A program made the position numbers and the translations under genes. The notes under the pieces are model-generated. The model made no database searches. It was not told where the DNA came from and saw only the letters and a list, made by a program, of their open reading frames with translations. From contig CALVJR010000002.1 in NCBI GenBank assembly GCA_944332295.1, positions 3,555-67,554 of the forward strand: 64,000 bases of DNA, read 5' to 3'. This DNA is from an uncultured Bacilli bacterium. Lineage in GTDB: Bacteria; Bacillota_I; Bacilli_A; RF39; UBA660. Shown here in pieces: positions 38,595 through 46,886 of this stretch; the stretch's first letter is position 1, and the number at the start of each line of letters is the position of its first letter.

Positions 38595-41481
38595 AAAGAT
38601 TTTAAAAAGGGCTTTGTTGGTTATTGTATTGGTCTTTGTAGCTTTCTTTGGTTTCCGTGAAATCATGAGTTTTGTTCCTGATTCTGATTCTGTGGATACA
38701 GATTCTTATGATGTTCAGCGTAGAGAGACGCAGACTTTAAAAACTACTGACGGTGCGACTTGCGGATCTTCAGAAGAGATGAATGGTCATTATGGACCAA
38801 AAGTTTCTTTTGATGTTAGTTCTAGAACTGCTACTATTACTGTTAAAAATGGTAGTTTTAAAGTTACTTCTGTAAGTGATCAAAGCATATTAGTTGATGA
38901 TCCTACAACACTTGGTGTGGTATCTCGTAATAATCCTATGGTTATTCGATATGGTAATTTTTCTGGAGATGTAGTTTTACACTTTGTGTTAGCCGAAACT
39001 GATGATAAATGTCTTTCTTATGATGAAGCTACAGAAATTAATTCTGCAGGTCAAAAAGTAGGAACGTATGAGTTTGATTTGACTTTACAGTTAAAAGCAC
39101 AACAAGAAACTCCAAAAAAAGTAAATGAAAATTATAATGGTATTTGTGCCGCTTTTAGAAATGGTACAGGATATGATACTTATAAAGATGTTTTATCTGG
39201 TGCTGGAGTAAGTAGAAATGAGTTTGGTAGTTACAACTATGCTGCTGTTAGTGCGGCAGGAAAAAGAGAATATGAACAAGTATTATCTTACTGTTTTAAT
39301 GCTAATGAGGTTAACTTTAACTATTCTGAAGCACAAGTTGCATCTATGATTAGTTCTGCTATTGATATTTTGAGAAAGAAAGAAGCTTCTGGAGCTATTG
39401 ATGATACTCCGGTATCTGAAGATTTTATGACTGCATTTAATGATGCAAAGAATAGAGCAATTTCTTTAGGTCATGATTATTCTAGTCGTGTTTCTGATGG
39501 TAGTTTAGATGATTCACGTTTTGGAATGGTTTGTGATTGGACAAAGAAGGCAGAGGGTAGTACCGGTGATGCTTATTATGTTAATAAAGATTATTATTAT
39601 GCTAAGGAAGAAGATTCTGAGGGTGTAAGTTATAATTATCACTATACTGGTAGTGATGAAAATGTTTCTGGTGTTACTGAGACAGTTTCTGGTGGTTCTT
39701 GTAAGAGAATATGTGAAGAGTCTGTTGTGGTTGAATATGGACCCCCAGTTGGTACAAAAGCAGGACTTTGTTTTGAGTATAAAGTAAAGGTTACTAGTAG
39801 AGTAGTGTGTCAGACTGATACCTCTGGTATTACAGCACCTACTACTCCAGCTATTTGTACACCAGTTCCTATTTGTAATGATCTTTCTGGACTTACTCAT
39901 CAAGGTGGACCAAATGAGGATTTTGAACAATGTATCAATGAATGTGATGGTGGTAAATATACTTCAAGATGTAGTAATAAATGTTACCGAGAAGCTTATG
40001 GTGATGAAGATTCTTCAGTTGATCCGTTAGCTATTCGTTACGGTGAAGATATTGTTGCTGAAAAGATGTGGAGTTCTACTTTCCCTGGATATGAAGGGCG
40101 TTATGAATGGGAAAATGGTAGCATTGTTTGGGAAGGTAGCGGTTATGGTCGTTGGTATGAAGTTTTTGAAAATGCCAGAACTCAGGCTGACCATGGTAGA
40201 TACAATGTTTATGATGGATTTAAGAAACATGATTATGGTAACGGTGTTGTTTGTGATGATAACTGTGTTTGGTCAGGATGTGATGAACATGACTATTTGA
40301 ATGAAGAAGATGCTGCAGCAGATACAGTTGAAAACTTAAGAAAATATAATCAAGCGATTTCTCGTTGTCAAGCATCAGCAAGTTGTACTACTAAAACTGC
40401 ATATTTTGAAATTAGTGTTGATTATACACATGATGTTGATGGTACTGAAAGAGAAGAGACTATTTCATTCCCTTATAATTCTAGTGAACCATCTAAATTA
40501 CCAAGTTTAGGTCAAGGTCAAGAGACTGCTAGTCCTGGTCGTACTGAAATATTCTTGAGTGATGGAGCTGATTATAATGGTTATGATGGATGTTATGTAA
40601 GCTCAAGTGAAAGAAACTGGTATCAAGCAGAATGGGGATTCCCTGGTACTTGGATTAATAATAAGTCAGGTGATATTTCATTTGTTGATAAAACTGGTAA
40701 TAATGCATGGCATCTAAAAGAAGATAAATTCTGTATTCCTGGTGATGCTAAGAGTGTTAATACACTTTGGTGGGAATGGAATGAATTAGGTGATCATTGT
40801 TATCCTGCAGATCAAATTGCTGCTGATATTGATTATAATATTCATGCTTCTACTACTGATTTTGGATTCTTTGGATGGAACTTTGATTTTGAATGTTTCT
40901 ATGCTCTTAGAAATGAAGTTTGTGATCCTGATATAAGAGGATGTTGTCGTCCTCCGGAAGGTTCTCCAGGTGATCCTGATGATCCTGATGATCCAGGAGG
41001 CGGTGGTGATACTCCAACTACAACGGTTTATGATTATGCATTTAGAATTGTAGAAACTTCTGATTTATTCCCTGAACCAGAAGAAAGTACTGATAGTAAC
41101 ACACCTAGTATTGCTGGTGTTGGACGTCAACCTGGTTATAACTGGACTTTAGGAATGAGTTCTGAAGATACTTCAATCTTGACAGCATTAAATGCTAAAA
41201 ATCCAGATTATAAGATTGATCCATTAGCTTTGATTGATAATATTCAGTCAAGACAAAATATTTATAGTGATGATACTTATGTGGATTATAAGTTTGTTCT
41301 TGATACAGAAACATTATCTAAGATTCGTGAGTTTAATAGAAATAAAAAATATACTGATTTTGATGGAGAGTTTAGAACTAAGAATGGACTTACTGTTTAC
41401 TATAGTGATTTATGGAGTGAGATTGGTGATGCTGTAATTACTAAAGGTACTCCAGGTGTCAATAACGAAAGGGAGGGATAA
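38581..41481 (+). CDS. Large cysteine-rich secreted/anchored protein (966 aa), function unknown
   Basis: N-terminal TM/signal anchor (ALLVIVLVFVAFFGF). I count about 27 Cys, mostly in close pairs (CKRIC, CTPVPIC, CINEC, CSNKC, CDDNCVWSGC, CQASASC, GCC). A PGDPDDPDDPGGGGDTPTTT linker precedes the last roughly 170 aa. No family recognised. Confidence 0.6.
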   Translation: MQKHKKILKRALLVIVLVFVAFFGFREIMSFVPDSDSVDTDSYDVQRRETQTLKTTDGATCGSSEEMNGHYGPKVSFDVSSRTATITVKNGSFKVTSVSDQSILVDDPTTLGVVSRNNPMVIRYGNFSGDVVLHFVLAETDDKCLSYDEATEINSAGQKVGTYEFDLTLQLKAQQETPKKVNENYNGICAAFRNGTGYDTYKDVLSGAGVSRNEFGSYNYAAVSAAGKREYEQVLSYCFNANEVNFNYSEAQVASMISSAIDILRKKEASGAIDDTPVSEDFMTAFNDAKNRAISLGHDYSSRVSDGSLDDSRFGMVCDWTKKAEGSTGDAYYVNKDYYYAKEEDSEGVSYNYHYTGSDENVSGVTETVSGGSCKRICEESVVVEYGPPVGTKAGLCFEYKVKVTSRVVCQTDTSGITAPTTPAICTPVPICNDLSGLTHQGGPNEDFEQCINECDGGKYTSRCSNKCYREAYGDEDSSVDPLAIRYGEDIVAEKMWSSTFPGYEGRYEWENGSIVWEGSGYGRWYEVFENARTQADHGRYNVYDGFKKHDYGNGVVCDDNCVWSGCDEHDYLNEEDAAADTVENLRKYNQAISRCQASASCTTKTAYFEISVDYTHDVDGTEREETISFPYNSSEPSKLPSLGQGQETASPGRTEIFLSDGADYNGYDGCYVSSSERNWYQAEWGFPGTWINNKSGDISFVDKTGNNAWHLKEDKFCIPGDAKSVNTLWWEWNELGDHCYPADQIAADIDYNIHASTTDFGFFGWNFDFECFYALRNEVCDPDIRGCCRPPEGSPGDPDDPDDPGGGGDTPTTTVYDYAFRIVETSDLFPEPEESTDSNTPSIAGVGRQPGYNWTLGMSSEDTSILTALNAKNPDYKIDPLALIDNIQSRQNIYSDDTYVDYKFVLDTETLSKIREFNRNKKYTDFDGEFRTKNGLTVYYSDLWSEIGDAVITKGTPGVNNEREG

Positions 41482-41487
41482 TAGTTT

Positions 41488-41949
41488 ATGAATAAAGCGA
41501 TGTTAACTGTTGGTATTATCATCTTAAGTTTAGCGACCCTTTTAATGATTAATATTATTACAAACTATTCATCAGGTAGTGAGTTAGATTACTACCTGGT
41601 GAAAGAAACTGCAGAAGCTGCGATGATTGATGCTGTTGATATTAAATATTATCGTGAAAATGGGTTGCTTCGCGTTGATAAAGAAAAATTTGTTGAGAGT
41701 TTTCTTCGTAGATTTGCAGATTCTGTTGATAATACTAGAAACTATCAAGTTGCCTTTTATGATTTAAATGAAGTTCCTCCTAAAGTTAGTGTTAAGGTTG
41801 ATTCTTCTACTGTTTTAAGTTTTAATGGTGATAATCTTGAGATGTCAACAACACTAGATGCTATCTTAGAAAATACTTATAACTCAGATCCATTAGTTAC
41901 TAATGAACTTAAAGATCCAGAGAGTGACTTTGGAAAAGCTATTGAATAA
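41488..41949 (+). CDS. Small N-terminally anchored protein (pseudopilin-like or VirB8-sized), unknown function
   Basis: 153 aa with a single N-terminal hydrophobic helix (MLTVGIIILSLATLLMINII) and a soluble domain of about 120 aa. RBS GGGAGGG. Confidence 0.5.
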   Translation: MNKAMLTVGIIILSLATLLMINIITNYSSGSELDYYLVKETAEAAMIDAVDIKYYRENGLLRVDKEKFVESFLRRFADSVDNTRNYQVAFYDLNEVPPKVSVKVDSSTVLSFNGDNLEMSTTLDAILENTYNSDPLVTNELKDPESDFGKAIE

Positions 41950-41970
41950 AAAGTGGAAGGAGAGGATAAA

Positions 41971-42774
41971 ATGGGAAATTTTAGTAACGGAATAAAGAAA
42001 TTCTTATCTAATAAAAATACTGTTACAGTTGTTGGAGCTGTTGTTGCAGTGGTAGTACTATATGTTGCGTATTCTATGCGTGTTAATGCTGCTGTTAACC
42101 CTATTAGTGTTCCTTATGCGAGGGAACAGATTAATCCTGGAACACAGATTACTGAAGATATGGTAGGAACTATGCAAGTTCCTCCTTCTATGGTTCAGGA
42201 TGGTGTTATTACTAATCAGGCAGAGGTTATTGATAAATACTCTAATGCTGATACTTTAATACCAGAAGGTAGTTTATTCTTTACTCGACAAGTAGTTGAG
42301 AAGGAACAATTACCTGCTAATATTATTTTGGATTATCCAAAGGGTTACGTTTTATATAATATGCCTGTTAATATTGAAAGTACCTATGGTAACTCTATTT
42401 ACCCTGGTAACTATATTGATATTTACTTAAAAGCTGTACATAAAGTAGCTGAGGGGCAAACTGCTACTGATGATGAAATTATGTATGGTAAACTTATTGA
42501 AAATGTTAAGGTATTAGCTGTTAAAGATTCTTCTGGACAAGCTGTATTTACCAACTTAGATGAACAAAGAACTCCTGCAATGATTGTATTTGCAGTACCA
42601 GAAGAGCATTATCTTTTATTAAAGAAGGCTAGTTATTTACAAACTTATGATTCTGAACTTGTTCCAGTTCCAACAAATGAAAGCTTAAAAGATGAACCTG
42701 GAGATTTGGAAATCAGTAGTGCTACTTTACGTGATTGGATTAATACTGTTACATATTGGGATGAAGGTATGTAA
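41971..42774 (+). CDS. Flp pilus assembly protein CpaB/RcpC-like (SAF domain)
   Basis: N-terminal TM, SAF-like segment (VPYAREQINPGTQITEDMV), and the VKVLAVKDSSGQ region typical of CpaB. ATG follows GGAAGGAGAGG. Confidence 0.65.
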   Translation: MGNFSNGIKKFLSNKNTVTVVGAVVAVVVLYVAYSMRVNAAVNPISVPYAREQINPGTQITEDMVGTMQVPPSMVQDGVITNQAEVIDKYSNADTLIPEGSLFFTRQVVEKEQLPANIILDYPKGYVLYNMPVNIESTYGNSIYPGNYIDIYLKAVHKVAEGQTATDDEIMYGKLIENVKVLAVKDSSGQAVFTNLDEQRTPAMIVFAVPEEHYLLLKKASYLQTYDSELVPVPTNESLKDEPGDLEISSATLRDWINTVTYWDEGM

Positions 42775-42806
42775 TTGTTAGTGTAGAATAAAAAGGAGTG
42801 GGTCAT

Positions 42807-44423
42807 ATGAACGAGAATATTTTTGATAAACTGGATTTTGGACCATTACGTCCTTTACTAGATAATGATGATATTACAGATATTTCTTTTGATAATAATG
42901 GTCAGATTTGGGTTCGTTCTCTAACTCAAGGTTCTTTACGAGTTGAGGTTCAAGGACTTACACCTGAATTTGTTGAAAAACTTGCTTTTCAGTGTTCGAA
43001 TGTCATGGGTACAACATTTAATAATGCAAAACCGTTTTTGGATGCTGAATCTGCTGAATTACGTTTGAACTTTGTGCATCCATCTATTGCAACAAATGGA
43101 ATAGCCATGGTTATTCGTAAGACACCAGCTAAGATTCGATTAGAAAAGGATAAATTATTGAAGGATGATTACTTCACTCAAGATATTCATGATATTTTAA
43201 TTAAGTGTGTTGAAGGTCATTGTAACATTATCGTTTGTGGAGAGACTGGTTCTGGTAAAACTGAATTTGTTAAGTATCTTGCTAGTCATACTCGTACTGA
43301 TGAGAAAATTATTACTATTGAGGATACGTTGGAGTTACACTTGGATCGTATCTTTCCACAACGTGATATTGTTGCGATGAAGACGAATAATGTAGCTAGT
43401 TATACTGATGTTTTGGTTACTTGTATGCGTCAGAATCCAAAATGGATATTACTTTCTGAGGTTCGTAGTGCAGAAGCTGTTTCTGCGGTACGTAACTCTA
43501 TTTCTTCAGGACACAATATTTTGTCTACTATTCATGCGGATAAGGCTTCTGCTATTCCTTATCGTATGTATAGTTTGATGGAGACAGATTTAGATGTTAA
43601 TCAGTTTTTGAATACGATTTATCGATATATTCAAATAGGTGTACATATTAAAGCTTATTATAGTAAAGAAAAAGGAAAATTTCATCGTGAAGTGGATGAG
43701 GTGTGTGAGTTCTATGTTGATGAGGATAACAAACCACAATGTAGAATTATTTATCAAAAACTATTTGGTCAAGAACCTGTTATGCGTAAGCCTAGTCCAC
43801 ATTTGATTGAATATTTAGAAAATCAAAATATTGATATTTCAGCTATTACAGGACATTTAAGTGATGATTTACCTTTTAAGGATGATCTTGAAAGGGAAGA
43901 ATATATGGAGAATAATAATGCTAATGGGAATAGTATGAATGATGCTTTAGAGGTAACTGATAGTTCTAGTGATACTTCTACAACTGTTGATGTTGCTACT
44001 GTAAATGATATCTCTAATACTTTGGATGTTGTTCATGATACTCCTATTCAAGGTGCTGATGATGATACAGGAGATGAGCAAAGTTCTGTTAGTTTACCTA
44101 TTTCTGCTGATGAAGTTGCTATTATTGCAGATAATATAGAGGTTAATAATGATAATTCTGTTAGCTTGCCTACAGAGGGAGCTGGAGTTGTTATTCCTAC
44201 TCCGGTTGCTAGTGTTTCTCCAGCTGTTACTTTAGAGGTTCCACCAGATGATAGTGTTAGAAAAAATATGGAAGCGCCAATAAAGTCTAACTCTGATGCT
44301 AATGTTTCTAATGACAATTCTGTTCCAATAGAACAGGCAAATGATAGTCAATCTATTGTTACTAATCAGGCAGTAGAGTTACCTTCCACCGTAGATTTTT
44401 CTTCGTTGGATAATTTGGAATAG
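42807..44423 (+). CDS. CpaF/TadA-type (VirB11-superfamily) secretion ATPase with a 170-aa low-complexity C-terminal tail
   Basis: Walker A GETGSGKTE, Asp box IEDTLEL, Walker B region RQNPKWILLSEVRSAEA, and His box GHNILSTIHA. The Tad assignment is supported by the two T2SSF-type genes immediately downstream. Confidence 0.85.
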   Translation: MNENIFDKLDFGPLRPLLDNDDITDISFDNNGQIWVRSLTQGSLRVEVQGLTPEFVEKLAFQCSNVMGTTFNNAKPFLDAESAELRLNFVHPSIATNGIAMVIRKTPAKIRLEKDKLLKDDYFTQDIHDILIKCVEGHCNIIVCGETGSGKTEFVKYLASHTRTDEKIITIEDTLELHLDRIFPQRDIVAMKTNNVASYTDVLVTCMRQNPKWILLSEVRSAEAVSAVRNSISSGHNILSTIHADKASAIPYRMYSLMETDLDVNQFLNTIYRYIQIGVHIKAYYSKEKGKFHREVDEVCEFYVDEDNKPQCRIIYQKLFGQEPVMRKPSPHLIEYLENQNIDISAITGHLSDDLPFKDDLEREEYMENNNANGNSMNDALEVTDSSSDTSTTVDVATVNDISNTLDVVHDTPIQGADDDTGDEQSSVSLPISADEVAIIADNIEVNNDNSVSLPTEGAGVVIPTPVASVSPAVTLEVPPDDSVRKNMEAPIKSNSDANVSNDNSVPIEQANDSQSIVTNQAVELPSTVDFSSLDNLE

Positions 44424-44438
44424 AGAGGAGTGAATTTT

Positions 44439-45341
44439 ATGTATTTAGAAGAGTTAATCTTTCTACTTGTACTTATGATATTAATATTTCTATATCGCAA
44501 TTATAAGGGACAGAATATTGGTAAGTTTATTACTAGTCAAGTACAAGGTGTTTATGATAAATTTGCTCCTTATTCTTTTAAAGTAGTCCGTGAAAAGACA
44601 AAGGAATTAGGTCAAGAATATACGGCTAGGCAATATATGATACAAGTTATAGTTATGGCATCTTTTACTGGTGTTGTTAGTTATTTATACTTTTATAACT
44701 TATTTATTTCTTTAATTTATATTATTGTCGTTATTATGTTTATTCCTTATTTATCATATTTAAGATGTAAACGTATTTATAGTGAGTTTATTTTTGAACA
44801 AATTCAGGTTTATACTTCTAATACTATTATGGAATTTGCAACAACACAATCTTTTGTTAAAGCATTAGAAGGTGTTCGTAATTCTGGAATTTTGGAAGAT
44901 CCAGTAAAAAGTGATGTTGATCATATGATACAACTTGCCTATCAAAATGGTAGTATTGATGAAGCGTTAGCATATATGAGTCAACTATATCCATATTATA
45001 TTGTTAAGAATATGCATCAGCTATTTTTGCAAATTACTAAAGAAGGTGCAAGAAATTCTTTAGAATCTTTAGATAATATGCAACTTGATATCGATATGTT
45101 GGTTGAAAGTGTTTACCGCGACCGTATAGAACGTGCTTCTTTTCATAAGTCGTTTTTGCAATTTGGTATCATGCTTTACTTAATGGTTATGTTAGTTCAA
45201 TATCTATTAGGTAGAGAGACTTATTTAATATTGTTAGATCGTTGGTATATTAAAGTACTATTACATGGTGTGCTAATCGTTAATACTATTTTCTTATTAA
45301 AGGGAGAAAAATATTATAATGAGAATGTAGGTGCTGAATAA
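44439..45341 (+). CDS. TadB-like T2SSF-domain platform protein
   Basis: Topology is TM, TM pair, a cytoplasmic helical domain of about 130 aa (ALEGVRNSGILEDPVKSDVDHMIQLAYQNGSIDEALAYM), then two C-terminal TMs. ATG is 8 nt after GAGGAG. Confidence 0.65.
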   Translation: MYLEELIFLLVLMILIFLYRNYKGQNIGKFITSQVQGVYDKFAPYSFKVVREKTKELGQEYTARQYMIQVIVMASFTGVVSYLYFYNLFISLIYIIVVIMFIPYLSYLRCKRIYSEFIFEQIQVYTSNTIMEFATTQSFVKALEGVRNSGILEDPVKSDVDHMIQLAYQNGSIDEALAYMSQLYPYYIVKNMHQLFLQITKEGARNSLESLDNMQLDIDMLVESVYRDRIERASFHKSFLQFGIMLYLMVMLVQYLLGRETYLILLDRWYIKVLLHGVLIVNTIFLLKGEKYYNENVGAE

Positions 45342-46126
45342 TGGTAGAGATAGTTGTTGTTGGTGCTATTATTATATTTATTCTGATATATAATAATACT
45401 ATTGATAAAAATAAGTTTATTGCAGATAATGAGAAATATTTTAATATTTTAAGAGAAGAGGATTATGACTTTTTAGTATATGCTAGATATGGTGAAGATG
45501 TAGATCCTAATCAATTATTTAGAAAAAGAATTTTTTATGCTTTGATTGCAGGTATCGTCTTTTTATTTATATTTTTAAATCAATTATCTTTTCTTAATGT
45601 AGTATTTTGTATTGTAGTTGCAGCATTAATTTTTAAAATGCCATATATGAATTTGAAGACTTTTTATAAAGCACATTTGCATGATATTGATGTTATGTTG
45701 CCATACTATTTAAAGAGTTTGGAAATTTTGATTCAACATTATACTGTTCCAGTTGCTTTAGGTAAGTCTATAGATGATGCTCCAGATATTTTTAAACCTG
45801 GACTTCGTAAATTAATTGAACGTATTAATTCGGGTGATTCTACTATTGATCCTTATATGGAGTTTGCTAATACGTATCCAGTTAGAGATTCTATGAGAAT
45901 GATGCGTTTGTTATATCGTCTAGGACTTGGTTCTCAAGAAAGAAAGCAAGAACGTTTGATGATGTTTTCTAGAACGGTTTCTAATTTACAAAATAAAGCT
46001 CGTGAGACTAAATATAAAGAGCGTCTAAATCATATGGAAAATCAGACAATGGTTATGCTTGTTGTAACTGGTGCTGGTACTATGGTTGTTATCCTAATTT
46101 CTATGATGATGATGTTTAATATGTAA
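45341..46126 (+). CDS. TadC-like T2SSF-domain platform protein
   Basis: Same topology as the previous gene. T2SSF-like core: MLPYYLKSLEILIQHYTVPVALGKSIDDAP..GLRKLIERINSGDS...MEFA. Start overlaps the previous stop. Confidence 0.7.
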   Translation: MVEIVVVGAIIIFILIYNNTIDKNKFIADNEKYFNILREEDYDFLVYARYGEDVDPNQLFRKRIFYALIAGIVFLFIFLNQLSFLNVVFCIVVAALIFKMPYMNLKTFYKAHLHDIDVMLPYYLKSLEILIQHYTVPVALGKSIDDAPDIFKPGLRKLIERINSGDSTIDPYMEFANTYPVRDSMRMMRLLYRLGLGSQERKQERLMMFSRTVSNLQNKARETKYKERLNHMENQTMVMLVVTGAGTMVVILISMMMMFNM

Positions 46127-46156
46127 AATTTGAATTGTAAAATATTTTAAAATATA

Positions 46157-46185
46157 TTGTTAAATATAAGTTATCTTGTTATAAT
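46157..46185 (+). promoter_or_regulatory. Strong sigma-A-type promoter in front of the pilin-like gene
   Basis: TTGTTA, 17-nt spacer ending in TG (extended -10), TATAAT. It lies in the only sizeable intergenic gap (106 nt) in this part of the locus. Confidence 0.65.
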
Positions 46186-46232
46186 ATAAGTGTATATCAT
46201 ATATACAATAGAGAAAGGATGTGTGTTTTTAG

Positions 46233-46403
46233 ATGAAAGCAGCAACAGGTGAATTAAACTTAACAGTTATTACTCTTATTGCTATAGCAGCAATTATTGG
46301 ATTTTTCTGGATTATGTGGCCAACTATCCAGGAGGCTATTAATAAACAATGGGGTAATATTTCTGGTGATTATCCTGGATATATTATTGTTGAAAGAAGA
46401 TAG
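46233..46403 (+). CDS. Flp/type IVb pilin-like small protein (56 aa; not in the ORF track)
   Basis: Hand translation gives MKAATGELNLTVITLIAIAAIIGFFWIMWPTIQEAINKQWGNISGDYPGYIIVERR. It has a short polar leader ending in Gly, then a 22-residue hydrophobic helix. It sits between TadC-like and TadE-like genes. The canonical Flp EY dipeptide is absent and the RBS (GAAAGGA) is 13 nt away. Confidence 0.55.
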   Translation: MKAATGELNLTVITLIAIAAIIGFFWIMWPTIQEAINKQWGNISGDYPGYIIVERR

Positions 46404-46422
46404 AAAAGGGTAGGTGTAGAAG

Positions 46423-46872
46423 ATGCGGGATGCTTATGGTGGTATTGTCAATTTAGCGATGATTGTAGTTTTCCTTCTTTTGGTATGTGGATATTTAGCA
46501 TTTAATGTAAACTACACGAAAGCGTTCCGTGTCAAAAACTATATTATTACTACAATGGAACAATATGAAGGTAATTGCGATAGTGAATCTAGTGCTTGTG
46601 CTCAAAAAATAAATAATTATATACGTCAAATTGGTTATAGTGCACCTGATTTTGATTTAACTAGAGATGGTTATACTTGTCATTTAGGGTACTGCTATAA
46701 GGAATTTGAAGTAGGTGCAGAAGCAGGTGCTGTTCAAGAAAATGCAGATAAGGTTTATTATAGAGTAGTTACTCAAATTAATATTGATATTCCTATTATT
46801 AATAAAATTATGCCTAATTTAAGAATTTTTCAAGTTTCTGGTAATACAAAGTTGATTACACCATTTAATTAG
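46423..46872 (+). CDS. TadE-like pseudopilin
   Basis: N-terminus AYGGIVNLAMIVVFLLLVCGYLAF resembles the TadE/TadF hydrophobic N-domain. The 120-aa extracytoplasmic part has two Cys pairs. Confidence 0.5.
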   Translation: MRDAYGGIVNLAMIVVFLLLVCGYLAFNVNYTKAFRVKNYIITTMEQYEGNCDSESSACAQKINNYIRQIGYSAPDFDLTRDGYTCHLGYCYKEFEVGAEAGAVQENADKVYYRVVTQINIDIPIINKIMPNLRIFQVSGNTKLITPFN

Positions 46873-46886
46873 AATAGGGTGATTAC

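Noticed and set aside
37238-41437. Nested ORFs 37238-37489 (-), 39514-39930 (-), 40027-40230 (-), 40043-40300 (+), 41234-41437 (+)
   Set aside because: All lie inside the two large surface-protein genes in other frames. They are rich in I/N/F/S as expected for random AT-rich frames, and none has an RBS.
44048-44317. 89-aa minus-strand ORF within the CpaF tail region
   Set aside because: It is antisense to the low-complexity tail. The open frame is a by-product of the repetitive codon composition.
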